47,816 bases of DNA from Gloeobacteraceae cyanobacterium SOY_34_metabat_371 (GCA_031398925.1 JANNOF010000131.1:1-47816), one strand, 5' to 3'; positions 28,032-38,058 are shown, counted from the stretch's first letter. The notes: a model not told the origin generated them from the letters alone. A program made the numbers and translations.

Positions 28032-28946
28032 TCAGGCTTCTTTTTCTTTCAACCGTTGATTCTGTTGATATTCTCGCCAAATCACCAACAGAATCGAAGC
28101 ATTAAAAATACTAGAGTAGGCCCCGGAGACAAAGCCAACGATCAGGGCCAATGAGAAATCGCGGAGCGTGGGCCCACCAAAGAAAAATAGGGCAAACAAA
28201 GTCAGTAGGGCGGTGACAGAGGTATTGATCGAACGACCAAAGGTTTGATTAACCGATTGATTGACGATCTCAGCAAAGGTTTTTTTACGGGAAATAAACT
28301 TGACATTTTCCCGGACCCGGTCAAAAACGATTACCGTATCATTGACCGAAAATCCTGCAATGGTTAGGAGCGCCACAATAAAGAGAGAATCGATCTCAGT
28401 GCCAAAAACAAGACCTAAAATGGCAAAAAAGCCCGTAGTCACTAAAACGTCATGGATAAGGGCCAAAATAGCGAAAAAGGCATAATCCCACTGAAAGCGG
28501 ATGGTCATATAAATATAGATCCCCAATAGGGTCACGATTAAGGCCAGCACACTATTTAAAAGTAATTCTTGACCTAACGTAGGTCCAACCGATTCAATTT
28601 TTTCAATCGTAAAGGTTTTTAAATTAGTCTGCATTAGCTTCTGAACATCTAAGCGTTCCTCTTGGGTGAGGGGCTTAGAGCGGATCAGCATTTCTTTTTC
28701 ACCGGAAGTCTGGATGATACTGCTCCCCAAGTCTTTTTCTGTCAATACCGCCCGGACTTCAGCCACCGAAGGCGCTTGATCCTTAAATTGCAGCTGCCAG
28801 AGCGTCCCGCCGGTAAAATCAATGCCCAGCCGTAACGGTGAACCAATAGTTAGGGCGGAATAGATCATCGCGATGATCCCTAGGCCGATCACGCCCGCAG
28901 AAATCCCTAACCACAGCCCACGTTTACCGACAACATCAATATTCAC
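28032..28946 (-). CDS. secF: Protein-export membrane protein SecF
   Basis: GIDFTGGT, FFAILALIHDVL, AGFSVNDTVIVFDRVREN and SINTSVTALLT are canonical SecF motifs. The probable start is GTG 28946 (VNIDVVGKRGLW...). The ORF track extends to GTG 29057. Confidence 0.85.
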   Translation of the reverse strand: MNIDVVGKRGLWLGISAGVIGLGIIAMIYSALTIGSPLRLGIDFTGGTLWQLQFKDQAPSVAEVRAVLTEKDLGSSIIQTSGEKEMLIRSKPLTQEERLDVQKLMQTNLKTFTIEKIESVGPTLGQELLLNSVLALIVTLLGIYIYMTIRFQWDYAFFAILALIHDVLVTTGFFAILGLVFGTEIDSLFIVALLTIAGFSVNDTVIVFDRVRENVKFISRKKTFAEIVNQSVNQTFGRSINTSVTALLTLFALFFFGGPTLRDFSLALIVGFVSGAYSSIFNASILLVIWREYQQNQRLKEKEA

Positions 28947-29059
28947 AGGATTGATCCAGACATTAAACTCAGTGTGCCACGCTCTTGCCCCTGTAGGCCA
29001 CCTGCTTATGGGGGGCAAGGCGGAGTACAATAATAGACCGTCCTGAAAAAATTGCACCC

Positions 29060-29218
29060 ATGCGTCAACGTGACCAAGAGATCACCCGCCGCCGGCACCG
29101 TAAAGCCAAGCTTGCCCGCCTCCGGGTCCGCCATGCCGAAGCAAACACCGCCGCCGCCAAACAAGAGATTGCCGATAAGATCCGCCGGGTTTCGGTCTAT
29201 GCTCCGGTTGAACTTTAA
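29060..29218 (+). CDS. Candidate 52-aa arginine/lysine-rich small protein
   Basis: Not in the ORF track. ATG 29060 to TAA 29216-29218: MRQRDQEITRRRHRKAKLARLRVRHAEANTAAAKQEIADKIRRVSVYAPVEL. Third codon positions are C/G-biased as in neighbouring genes. Its stop overlaps the pepF stop convergently. Confidence 0.35.
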   Translation: MRQRDQEITRRRHRKAKLARLRVRHAEANTAAAKQEIADKIRRVSVYAPVEL

Positions 29219-30918
29219 AGTTTGAGCACTCTTTGGGCCTGTTGCACCACATCGGCCAAAGCCCCCGGACTAAAGGGTGAAACTAAACCTGCGGTGCGTA
29301 CCAACTCCTGAAAAGGAGCGGATCCCCCCAGTCGGCATAGCTTGACATAGTCTTGGAGCGCCCCAGCGAAATCCTGTTCGGCCCGCACCCAAAATTGGAG
29401 GGCACAACAACCCGCTAGGGTGTAGTCGATGTAGTAAAAAGGCTCGCCATAAATATGTCCTTGGGCCTGCCAGCGTCCGCCCATCGCTGGGTGGGTTAGA
29501 TCGCCGTAGTCACGCCAGGGTAAGTACAGGGCCTCCATCGTTTGCCACATGTCATGACGCTCTTGGGCACTGGCCGTGGGGTTGGCATAGACCAAGTGCT
29601 GGAAGTGATCTACAGCCACACCGTAGGGTAAAAAGAGTAACGACTCGGCTAAATGAATCTCCCGGAAGCGCTGGGCTTCTTCGGGACCAAAGAAATAATC
29701 CATATAGGGCCAAGTCAGAAATTCCAAACTCATGGAATGGATCTCGCAGGACTCTAACGTGGGCCAAAGATATTCAGAGACAGAGCCGTGGCGACTTTGC
29801 CAGCCCTGGAAGGCATGGCCCATTTCGTGGGTAAAAACCTCTACATCGCCTTTGGTCCCGTTGAAGTTAGCAAAGACAAAGGGCAAGCCGTAGCTTGGAA
29901 AACTAGTGCAAAATCCCCCGCCCGCTTTACCAGGTCGGTTTTTAAGATCTAGTAATTGCTTATCGACCAAGAGCCGAAAAAAGCTGCTGAGTTCCGGGTC
30001 CATGCTGTCAAACATGCGCTGGGCTTGGATCAACATCCAGTCATGATCCCCTTGGGGTTTAGGATTGCCCCTGAGATCAAAAACCGCCTCATCCCAAGCC
30101 ATCAAACGATCTACGCCTAGGCGCTCTGCTTGACGAGCCAAGATCTTTTGGGCTAGAGGTACTACTTCCTGTCGGACTTGGTCCCGGTAGCGCTCCACAT
30201 CCTGTTGGGTATAGTCCACCCGGCGCATGCGCTTGTAGCCCAGGGGAATGTAGTTTTCGTAGCCCAGTTTCTGCGCCATTCCCTGACGGACCTGGACTAG
30301 GTCTCCATAAATGCGGTCTAAATCAGCTTGATGGGCGGCAAAAAATTCCCACCGCACCTGTTCGGCGTCATGGCGGGTGGCGCGGTCCGCATCTTCACAA
30401 AAGCGTCGGATTCCCGAAAGATTGAGGGTTTCACCCCGAAAATTTAACGCAGCGGCGGCCAAAAGAGCGGTGTACTCGGCTTTGAGCTTAGATTCCTGGA
30501 TCAGATCAGCCTCAATAACCGGATCAAACGTCAAAATATCCGATTCCCAAAGCGCAAAAACCTGTGCTCCCAAAGCTGCCTCGAGCTGAGGACGGTGGGG
30601 ACTAATCAGCAATTGTTTTTTGATCCGTACGGTCCAGTCGGTGATCTTGGGGATCAGTTCATCACAGTAATCCCGCGCTTTTTGGTAGCTTTCGTTTTGC
30701 GTATCTTGGTCAAAACGCAACCAAATTAGGGCCGACCAAGTATCGAGGCTGCGCCGGAGGTCTTCCCATTGCGCTATAACCTGGAGCTGATCTTGCGGCG
30801 TTACGGCCTCTTGAAAAGCCTGTTCTAGGAGTGAAAACTCCCTTTGGATCGATTCGGGACTAGGGGACTCAGGTTTGATTTGCGTAAAGGAAACGGGTTC
30901 GTGTAGGGTGACAGACAT
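29215..30918 (-). CDS. pepF: M3B-family oligoendopeptidase F-like metallopeptidase
   Basis: 567-aa ORF with the zinc motif FTHEMGHAF and a downstream E ligand region (LESCEIHSMSLE). Length and layout are typical of PepF. Confidence 0.85.
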   Translation of the reverse strand: MSVTLHEPVSFTQIKPESPSPESIQREFSLLEQAFQEAVTPQDQLQVIAQWEDLRRSLDTWSALIWLRFDQDTQNESYQKARDYCDELIPKITDWTVRIKKQLLISPHRPQLEAALGAQVFALWESDILTFDPVIEADLIQESKLKAEYTALLAAAALNFRGETLNLSGIRRFCEDADRATRHDAEQVRWEFFAAHQADLDRIYGDLVQVRQGMAQKLGYENYIPLGYKRMRRVDYTQQDVERYRDQVRQEVVPLAQKILARQAERLGVDRLMAWDEAVFDLRGNPKPQGDHDWMLIQAQRMFDSMDPELSSFFRLLVDKQLLDLKNRPGKAGGGFCTSFPSYGLPFVFANFNGTKGDVEVFTHEMGHAFQGWQSRHGSVSEYLWPTLESCEIHSMSLEFLTWPYMDYFFGPEEAQRFREIHLAESLLFLPYGVAVDHFQHLVYANPTASAQERHDMWQTMEALYLPWRDYGDLTHPAMGGRWQAQGHIYGEPFYYIDYTLAGCCALQFWVRAEQDFAGALQDYVKLCRLGGSAPFQELVRTAGLVSPFSPGALADVVQQAQRVLKL

Positions 30919-31003
30919 ATAAGGCCCAGTCGGTATGACTTAATTGTACGCTGGCCCAAATCCAGTCCTTGACGGGATGCAAAGGAATCTCTAGAGTTGC
31001 TGT

Positions 31004-32032
31004 ATGCAAAAGCGAATGAATACACAACGCCCAACCAACCGTATGCCTAGGGTCCAAGGCCGTACCCAGCGCAGTCGTCAACGCCGTCCCTGGTGGTTAG
31101 CTGTGATCCTAGTAGCAGTAGGACTGATCCTGTGGAGTATATTCCAAGGGTTACAAACACATAGCCTAATGACTACCCGCGCTCCCTTTGGGCCGCCTCA
31201 ACAGTTACCACGGGCCTTACCCTATACCCTAGGCAATGTAGATACTTTACTCGAACGACAACTGAATACCTTGACCCCCACGGCTCTACTTCAAACAGGT
31301 TATTTTGCCCTAGACTTAACCACAGGTCAATATGCTCAACACCAAGCTGGACTTAGTTTTCCAGCCGCCAGTACCATCAAGTTGCCGATTCTTTTAGCAC
31401 TGTTGCAAGCTATCGACCAAGGGCTCGTACAGTGGGATGAAACTGCGGTCTTGACCCCCACCAATAAAGTATCTGGATCTGGTTTTTTACAATATAAGCC
31501 CTTAGGAACACAACTTAGATTATGGGAAGTTGCTGACTTGATGATCACAGAAAGTGATAATACCGCTACCCATATGATCATTGACCGCCTGGGGGGTATG
31601 GAAGTATTGAACCGGCGCTTTCAGTGGTGGGGACTGACGCAAACCGCCTTAAGGGCAAAATTACCGGATATTGAGGGGCGCAACACCACGAGTCCCCAGG
31701 ATCTAGCCTTGACCCTGAGCTATTTAGATCAAGGAATTGGGATCACCGCTTGGAGCCGAGACCGGGCCTTGGACATACTTTATCGGGTCAGTAACCGTTC
31801 TTTATTACCCACAGGGCTAGCCAAAGTAGAACCCAGCGCTCGGATCGCCCACAAAACCGGGACGATTGGTATTGCCCTAGGCGATGCCGGATTGATCAAT
31901 CTGCCTAATGGCAAACGCTATATTTTGGCAACCCTAGTAAAACGTCCCCGCAATAATCCCCAAGCAGTAACCGTGATCCAAAATCTATCCACGCAAGTGG
32001 CCCAAAGCTGGTCAACTCCCCTATCCCGATAG
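31004..32032 (+). CDS. Class A beta-lactamase-related serine hydrolase, membrane-anchored
   Basis: S-x-x-K (ASTIKLPI), SDN (ESDNTA) and KTG (HKTGT) motifs in the right order. Arg-rich N-terminus followed by a TM helix (WWLAVILVAVGLILWSIF). Confidence 0.75.
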   Translation: MQKRMNTQRPTNRMPRVQGRTQRSRQRRPWWLAVILVAVGLILWSIFQGLQTHSLMTTRAPFGPPQQLPRALPYTLGNVDTLLERQLNTLTPTALLQTGYFALDLTTGQYAQHQAGLSFPAASTIKLPILLALLQAIDQGLVQWDETAVLTPTNKVSGSGFLQYKPLGTQLRLWEVADLMITESDNTATHMIIDRLGGMEVLNRRFQWWGLTQTALRAKLPDIEGRNTTSPQDLALTLSYLDQGIGITAWSRDRALDILYRVSNRSLLPTGLAKVEPSARIAHKTGTIGIALGDAGLINLPNGKRYILATLVKRPRNNPQAVTVIQNLSTQVAQSWSTPLSR

Positions 32033-32060
32033 ACATCAAGTACAATAAGATCACTGCCCG

Positions 32061-33011
32061 GTGCTGATTATGGTCCTTTCGCCGCCCGTAGTCCCGCTTT
32101 CCCGCTCCGCTGTCGATGATCCAACGCAATTGGTGGGCAATACCCCGTTGATTCGGCTCAATCGGGTGACCGCAGATTTGGCCCCAGGGGTAGCGGTTTT
32201 CGCCAAAGCGGAATATTTTAACCCCGGCGGCTCGGTAAAAGACCGGCCGGCCCTGAATATGATCCTCCAAGGGGAGCGATCCGGTCAACTTACCCCGGAC
32301 AAGATTATTCTAGATGCCACCTCTGGGAATACAGGGATTGCCTACGCCTGGATTAGTGCGGTGCGTGGCTATCGGGTACGTTTAGCGTTACCGCAAAATG
32401 CCTCCGAAGAGCGTAAACGCATCCTAAAAGCCTACGGAGTTGATCTGGTTCTCACCGATCCAGCCCAGGGTTCTGATGGAGCCATTATTAAAGCCAAGGA
32501 ACTTTATGCGGCCGATCCTGAACGTTATTTTTACCCGGATCAGTACGGTAATCCCCACAATTGGAAAGCCCATTATCTGACCACTGGAGTTGAAATCTAT
32601 GCCCAGACCCAGGGCCGGGTCAGTCATTTTGTCACGGGGTTAGGTACTTCGGGAACCTGTATGGGTGTGGGTAGACGGCTCAAAGAATACAATCCTGAGA
32701 TCCAGATCCTTTCGATGCAGCCGGATTCGCCCTTTCATGGTTTAGAGGGCTTGAAGCATATGGAGACGGCCATTATTCCGCCGATCTATGACCCCACGGT
32801 ACCCCAGGGGAATGTGGAAATTGCCACTGAAACAGCGCAGAAAATGGTTAAGCGCCTAGCCCGCGAAGAGGGTTTACTGGTCGGGATCTCAGCGGGAGCC
32901 AATGTAGTTGCCGCCCTCCGCGTTGCCCAGACCTTGACTACGGGCGTAGTTGTGACAATCCTGTGTGATAGCGCAGATAAATATCTGTCAGAACAGTTTT
33001 GGGATGAGTGA
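32061..33011 (+). CDS. Cysteine synthase (O-acetylserine sulfhydrylase, PLP-dependent)
   Basis: LVGNTPLIRLNR, NPGGSVKDRPA (PLP lysine), TSGNTGIA and GLGTSGT motifs. A versus B isoform cannot be decided by eye. The start is GTG 32061 or ATG 32070. Confidence 0.9.
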   Translation: MLIMVLSPPVVPLSRSAVDDPTQLVGNTPLIRLNRVTADLAPGVAVFAKAEYFNPGGSVKDRPALNMILQGERSGQLTPDKIILDATSGNTGIAYAWISAVRGYRVRLALPQNASEERKRILKAYGVDLVLTDPAQGSDGAIIKAKELYAADPERYFYPDQYGNPHNWKAHYLTTGVEIYAQTQGRVSHFVTGLGTSGTCMGVGRRLKEYNPEIQILSMQPDSPFHGLEGLKHMETAIIPPIYDPTVPQGNVEIATETAQKMVKRLAREEGLLVGISAGANVVAALRVAQTLTTGVVVTILCDSADKYLSEQFWDE

Positions 33012-33061
33012 AGTCGATGGAGAAGGCTTTGGATTTTGGCACTGCTTACAGGGGGCAGTTT

Positions 33062-33553
33062 TCACCAGCCCCAACTGCCCAGATCCCCTTTAAATGGGCC
33101 GACGATATCAGAAGTGATCCAACCGCCGTAGAAATCTCCCGCTTGGGCTTGGACACGTTCGTCCTCGAGATAACAGGCATCGACCCGACTTGGGTAAAAA
33201 GCCACATATCCGGTGATGGCTTCAAAGGTAACGGTGGGATTGGGATAGTACCAGGCGATTTGGGCGACTTTGCGGTTAGCTAACGTAAGGTCGTAATAAT
33301 GGGCTACCCCTTTCCATTCACAAAAAGTTTGGAGCAGGGCGGGTTGCAGATACTGCATCTGAATATCCGCCGGAGGAAGGTAGTAGACCGGTGGATGGCT
33401 CGTTTCTAAAATACGGTACGCGTGGGCGGAGTCTGCCAAAACCAAATCTCCCAGCATGATCCGTACCCGTTTGGTCGCGACTTCGCAACGGGGCGGGCGG
33501 GGATAGTCCCACACCGACTCTTGATTGGGACCGGGAACAATGCGCTGGATCAT
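33062..33553 (-). CDS. DUF427-domain protein
   Basis: 163-aa ORF with PVYYLPPADI, CEWKGVAHYYDL and AWYYPNPT...VAFYP, the duplicated signature I associate with DUF427. Confidence 0.7.
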   Translation of the reverse strand: MIQRIVPGPNQESVWDYPRPPRCEVATKRVRIMLGDLVLADSAHAYRILETSHPPVYYLPPADIQMQYLQPALLQTFCEWKGVAHYYDLTLANRKVAQIAWYYPNPTVTFEAITGYVAFYPSRVDACYLEDERVQAQAGDFYGGWITSDIVGPFKGDLGSWGW

Positions 33554-33594
33554 CGGTAGTCCTAAGAGGGTTCTTCTAACTAACTATCCCCTGA

Positions 33595-34317
33595 TCATAC
33601 GTTTAAGTGGCTAAGGATCATCCAGACCCCTGCACCCAGCAAGATCACGCCACTGGTTTGACTGAGGACACTCCCCCAACGACGCAACGTCAGTAAACCC
33701 TTGATCGCTTGGGTAAAAAGCGCCGCCACCACTAAAGGCAAGCCATGTCCGAGAGAATAGGCAAAGAGCAACCCAGCCCCCAAAAGGGGATTTTGAGCCG
33801 CGCTCACAAAACCCAATAGGGCGATCAATACGGGGGAGGAACAGGGGGAAGCCACTAGGCCAAAACTCGCACCCACAAATAAAGCCCGGAGTTGATCGGG
33901 GGGCTTAACGTCATCAAGGGCTTTGATCTGGGGCCAGCGAAACGTAATTAGTTCTAATTGCACTAAGCCCATGAAAACGGCGATCAAGCCCATGATCACA
34001 AAGACAACACTGCCAAAGGGGAGTTGCCCATAAATCGTACCGATCAAACCGGCGATCAAACCGAGGACAGTCAGGGTCAAAGCTAAGCCTAAAATAAAAT
34101 TACCCGCCAGGATCAGGCTCTCTTGGGTAGTACGGTTCTCTTTACCCCCGGCTAAATAACCCACCGTGATCGGCAACATCGAAAGTGTACAGGGGCTAAA
34201 ACTGGTCAATAGCCCCGCCAAAAAAACCACCGCCACCGAAAGCGGGGTGAGTTGAACCAGTTGGGTGGTTACCAAGCCCGTTAACCCCTGCTCAAACTGG
34301 TATAGCCATTCCGCCAT
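33595..34317 (-). CDS. ccdA: Cytochrome c biogenesis thiol-disulfide transporter CcdA (DsbD family)
   Basis: 240-aa polytopic ORF with conserved Cys in FSPCTLSMLP and ASPCSSPVL. Confidence 0.85.
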   Translation of the reverse strand: MAEWLYQFEQGLTGLVTTQLVQLTPLSVAVVFLAGLLTSFSPCTLSMLPITVGYLAGGKENRTTQESLILAGNFILGLALTLTVLGLIAGLIGTIYGQLPFGSVVFVIMGLIAVFMGLVQLELITFRWPQIKALDDVKPPDQLRALFVGASFGLVASPCSSPVLIALLGFVSAAQNPLLGAGLLFAYSLGHGLPLVVAALFTQAIKGLLTLRRWGSVLSQTSGVILLGAGVWMILSHLNV

Positions 34318-34327
34318 GACCCCTCTA

Positions 34328-35635
34328 CTAAGCGCGACTTGCGACCCCTAGGGATTTAAATAATAGGGCAGGCATTTTGGCTGATCCAAAAACCCACTCC
34401 GCCTGACTGCCTATAGCTTCGATGGCTTGACCGGCGGTGAAAAAATTACCCGCAACCATCGTATTTTTTAGGCGACCCACCACTTCCCCTTTTTCAACTT
34501 TATAGCCCAAGTCCAAATTGACCGAAAATTCTCCCGCCAATTGATTGGACTGTCCGGCCCCCAAAACCTGATCCACGATGACCCCCTCTTTGAGGCTGGC
34601 GATCATTTCAGCCAAGCTCACTTCCCCCGGATCCATACAGAGATTGACCGGGCGGGCAGTGGGCCGACTCAACCCTCCCCGAAAACCATTGCCTGTGGGT
34701 ACAACCCCACCGCGCTTGGCCCAGGTGCGGTCCCAATAAAAGCCTTGGACCCGGCCCCCTTGGATAAAATATTTTTTCTGGGTAGGGGTGCCTTCATCAT
34801 CTACTTGTGTGTGGGCAGGGCCGACCATTGGATCTTCATAGATATTGAGGCGCGAATCAAAGAGCAATTCCCCGACTTTATCCGCTACGGGAGAAGATTT
34901 TTGGACTACGGCTTGTCCGGCAAAGATCGACCGTACCAAACCGCCCAAGATCATCGTGACCGCACGGGGCGTAAAGATCACAGGCATCGTACCGCTGGTG
35001 ACGTGGGCCGTGGCCGTGGCTTGGGCTAATTTACTTTGGACTTCGTGGATCAGGGATTCATAATCTAAAGGCTCATCCCGGGCGACGCGGTAACTATAGA
35101 CATTGAGCATATCCTCACCCCGGACCCAGTTTGCGCCTAGACTGGCCCCCAAGCCCTGGGATTGCTGGGCGACGTGTATGCCTCCGGTGGTAGCAATGAT
35201 CTTTAAATTACGGCGGATATCAAATTCGGCTTCAATCAAAAGATCGGGATTAAATTCCCGCAGGCGGCTAATTAATTCTTTACCTTTAGCCACCAAATCC
35301 CCGGTGGTCGGCAAAGTTGGAGCTGGGGGTTCAGAGCTAAGCTGAGGCGGCTGATGGGCAAAAGTTAAATCCGCCGGATCGCCAATGCTAGCGGTTTGGA
35401 GGGCTGCTGCCACCAAAAGTTCGGGCCGCGCCAAATCCGTTGAACTCGCAAAACCTAAGCGTCCCTCATGAATTACCCGTAGGGCGATCCCGCGCTGGGC
35501 TTTGGTCTGGAGGGATTTGAGGCGATTGGCCTCAAATTGAATGGGGGTTTCATCTTGCTCTAGATAAAAAACCTCCGCTTCGGCCCCCTGTTGTTGGGCT
35601 AATTCCAAAATTTGATCAAGTACCACTTGGGCCAC
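34328..35635 (-). CDS. PmbA/TldD-family metalloprotease component
   Basis: 435-aa ORF. N-terminal GAEAEVFY...RGIALRV..GRLGFASS and a Gly-rich C-terminal region (PTGNGFRGG, GAGQSN..GEFS) typical of PmbA/TldE. Confidence 0.85.
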   Translation of the reverse strand: MAQVVLDQILELAQQQGAEAEVFYLEQDETPIQFEANRLKSLQTKAQRGIALRVIHEGRLGFASSTDLARPELLVAAALQTASIGDPADLTFAHQPPQLSSEPPAPTLPTTGDLVAKGKELISRLREFNPDLLIEAEFDIRRNLKIIATTGGIHVAQQSQGLGASLGANWVRGEDMLNVYSYRVARDEPLDYESLIHEVQSKLAQATATAHVTSGTMPVIFTPRAVTMILGGLVRSIFAGQAVVQKSSPVADKVGELLFDSRLNIYEDPMVGPAHTQVDDEGTPTQKKYFIQGGRVQGFYWDRTWAKRGGVVPTGNGFRGGLSRPTARPVNLCMDPGEVSLAEMIASLKEGVIVDQVLGAGQSNQLAGEFSVNLDLGYKVEKGEVVGRLKNTMVAGNFFTAGQAIEAIGSQAEWVFGSAKMPALLFKSLGVASRA

Positions 35636-35679
35636 TACTTTTTCCCACCGGATTGCTCCAGTTTAGCCCCCCCTTGGGT

Positions 35680-35937
35680 CTAAGGTAATTTCGGCAACTC
35701 CACCGGGCGCGGTGGCTTGCGCTGAAGACGGGGTTCGACGGGCAAGCTATAGGGGGCGCAAACATTCCCAGTGCCATCTACATTCCACACTTGGCGACTG
35801 GTGGTATGCCGTAGGCGACGGTACCGGGGGTCCCAGTGGAAGGTTCCGTCCCAGGCACAAACCAGGACACTATCTTCTAGAGTGGCAATGGCGCGGAGGG
35901 AACGGTGGCAACAAGGACAATTACGGGGAAGAATCAT
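35680..35937 (-). CDS. Hypothetical Cys-rich small protein
   Basis: 85-aa ORF beginning MILPRNCPCCHRSL (possible zinc ribbon). No family recognised. Confidence 0.35.
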   Translation of the reverse strand: MILPRNCPCCHRSLRAIATLEDSVLVCAWDGTFHWDPRYRRLRHTTSRQVWNVDGTGNVCAPYSLPVEPRLQRKPPRPVELPKLP

Positions 35938-36173
35938 GCTTTAGAAACGCCTGGGATCACTTGTATGCACGATCATACACTACAGCTAGTCTTGTCAATA
36001 GGCAAATATCTATCGGTAGTAATGAATGTTTTTAGTACTGGTTAAACTATAAAGCAAATAAAAAAACCTGATCTAAAACTAAAAGTCAAACAAAAACCTT
36101 AAGATTAGTGTGGGACTGAGTATTTATCCTTAGTGTTCACCTAGTATGAATATATGAGTGAAAGGATAACCTC

Positions 36174-36515
36174 GTGTTCTACCGTCTGGCTGATCAGTAC
36201 CATCAATTCACTTTAGATCTAGTAACGAGCCTTCAAGCGTTGGCTATCGTGCTAGAGCGCAGGGGCTACATGACCTCTTGCTACACCTGTGGCGAAGAAC
36301 AAGACAGTGCTTCTTTTATTGTCAGTCTAGCCCCCCGCCACTTGATCCGCTTTTTAGTTTCTGACTGTGGCATTTCTTGGACCGAACTCCGGGATGACCA
36401 AGAATTGATGAAACTCGAAGGCGCAGAAGCGATCATGCAACTTCAAGAACTAGCGGATCAGGTCAAAAAAGACATGGTACGTCCTACCCTTGCTGCGGTC
36501 AAAGAGTCCCGCTAA
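36174..36515 (+). CDS. Hypothetical protein (113 aa)
   Basis: ORF with a GTG start after an AT-rich 236-nt intergenic region. No motif recognised. Confidence 0.4.
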   Translation: MFYRLADQYHQFTLDLVTSLQALAIVLERRGYMTSCYTCGEEQDSASFIVSLAPRHLIRFLVSDCGISWTELRDDQELMKLEGAEAIMQLQELADQVKKDMVRPTLAAVKESR

Positions 36516-36518
36516 GGC

Positions 36519-37061
36519 TTAACTCCCACGCAATTTGCGGGTTGCCAGCACGAGTGACTCGGCAAGTTTGTCAAGGCGGGTAGTTAAATTAGGGTCCGTG
36601 AGCTTCCCTTCAGCATCAAATTGTTTCCAGGCTTGACCGATGGCGACTTGTTCCGGGATCATCCAACCGTGGACCCAACGGACTACTAAGCGCAGATCAT
36701 TGAGCGCATTACTATTGGCTCCACCGCCGAGGACGCTAAGGGCAGCAAAGACTTTACCGTCTAGTTCCTCAAAGCTCAACAGATCCAGGGTATTTTTTAG
36801 TACTCCACTCATACTGCCGTGGTATTCCGGTGTACTCAAGATCAAAGCATCCGCAGCTTTAGCTTGGGCTTGGAGCAGGGCGACCGCTGGATGGGCACTG
36901 TAGTCATCGCCCCCATGACAGAAAGGTAAAGAATGGACTAACGGATCAAAAAAGTGTACCGTAGCTCCGTGCGCTTGCGCCCGTTCCAGAGCCAAAACCA
37001 ACGCTTGGCGGCTCGCAGACTGGGGGCGCAGACTCCCTAAAAGACCAAGCACATGGACCAT
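36519..37061 (-). CDS. NADPH-dependent FMN reductase-family flavoprotein
   Basis: From ATG 37061: MVHVLGLLGSLRPQSASR (flavodoxin-like strand 1), LILSTPEYHGSMSGVLKNTLD. The ORF track extends to 37136. Confidence 0.8.
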   Translation of the reverse strand: MVHVLGLLGSLRPQSASRQALVLALERAQAHGATVHFFDPLVHSLPFCHGGDDYSAHPAVALLQAQAKAADALILSTPEYHGSMSGVLKNTLDLLSFEELDGKVFAALSVLGGGANSNALNDLRLVVRWVHGWMIPEQVAIGQAWKQFDAEGKLTDPNLTTRLDKLAESLVLATRKLRGS

Positions 37062-37180
37062 TAGTACCGCCTTGCCCTGGGAAGAGGTCCACTTTAGAAT
37101 ATCACCGCTCAAAAAGAAATAGCTGTATCGATCCATCGGGACAGGCTTGTGTATTCTGTATTTAATATTCGCTGGGATCC

Positions 37181-38017
37181 ATGTCAGAATCCACCGCTGA
37201 TCCTTCTTCTATCGAGCAGTTACTTGCGACAGCCCTTTGGGATACCCACGCAGAAACCGCTTGGCAAGCAGTCCAAACCTTGCACAACTACGGTGGAACA
37301 CTTGTTTTAACGGTGGCCCAACAGCTTTGTCAACATCCCGATCCTCAAAAACGACGGCTAGGCATAGAAGCTTTATTACTAGAGCGCATGATCGCTCCTG
37401 AATACTTCTATGTAGACCCGCCTCAACTAGGGATCCCCAAGGGGACAGCCCCCCCAACATCCATTACCCTTTTACATCGACTCTTGGCGACAGAACAGGA
37501 TCTTGGGGTACTCGCGGCGGCGGGTTTTGCCCTAGGCCATTTAAAAGATAGCCAAGCCATTGAACCTTTGTTTGCGATGCAACACCACCCGTCAGCCGAA
37601 GTCCGGCTTACCATCGTACGCAGTCTTTTGGGGCACACAACACCCCAGGCCATCCAAATTTTGATCCGGCTATCCACCGATCCTGAGGATCAGGTCCGTA
37701 GCTGGGCCACCTTTGGTCTAGGCTCCATGATCACCCTTTCCGAACCAGCAATCCTGGCGGCCCTTGAGGCACGCCTCAGGGATCACCATGAGGAAACCCG
37801 TGCTGAGGCAATTTTGGGCCTAGCGTACCGCAAAGATGAGCGCATTATTCCGTTATTACAACAGGACCTCACCCGTACTACAGTGAGCAGCCTATGTGTA
37901 GAAGCCGCCCAAGCCCTAGGGGATTCACGACTTTATCCCCTCTTGATCGATCTCCAAAAATGGTGGGATCTGGATAAACCACTCCTGGAAGCGGCAATCC
38001 GAAGTACCCAGCCCTGA
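37181..38017 (+). CDS. HEAT-repeat (PBS-lyase-like) protein
   Basis: Repeated units of the form D..VR..A..ALG (DPEDQVRSWATFGLGSM; HHEETRAEAILGLAY; SAEVRLTIVRSLLG). Confidence 0.7.
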   Translation: MSESTADPSSIEQLLATALWDTHAETAWQAVQTLHNYGGTLVLTVAQQLCQHPDPQKRRLGIEALLLERMIAPEYFYVDPPQLGIPKGTAPPTSITLLHRLLATEQDLGVLAAAGFALGHLKDSQAIEPLFAMQHHPSAEVRLTIVRSLLGHTTPQAIQILIRLSTDPEDQVRSWATFGLGSMITLSEPAILAALEARLRDHHEETRAEAILGLAYRKDERIIPLLQQDLTRTTVSSLCVEAAQALGDSRLYPLLIDLQKWWDLDKPLLEAAIRSTQP

Positions 38018-38058
38018 TCCCTGGGCCTACAATTGAAAACATACCCGGAGTTTACGCG

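Noticed and set aside
28947-29057. N-terminal 37-aa extension of SecF
   Set aside because: SecF proteins normally begin just before the first TM helix. The extension (MQFFQDGLLLYSALPPISRWPTG...) has no counterpart I know of. GTG 28946 is preferred, but this is not proven.
33041-33064. Short hairpin ACTGC / TTACAGGGG / GCAGT followed by TTTC, between cysteine synthase and DUF427
   Set aside because: The stem is only 5 bp with a 9-nt loop, and it overlaps the DUF427 stop codon. It is too weak to call a terminator.
33008-33283. 91-aa + strand ORF overlapping the cysteine synthase stop
   Set aside because: It is almost entirely antisense to the well-supported DUF427 gene (33062..33553) and has no motifs.
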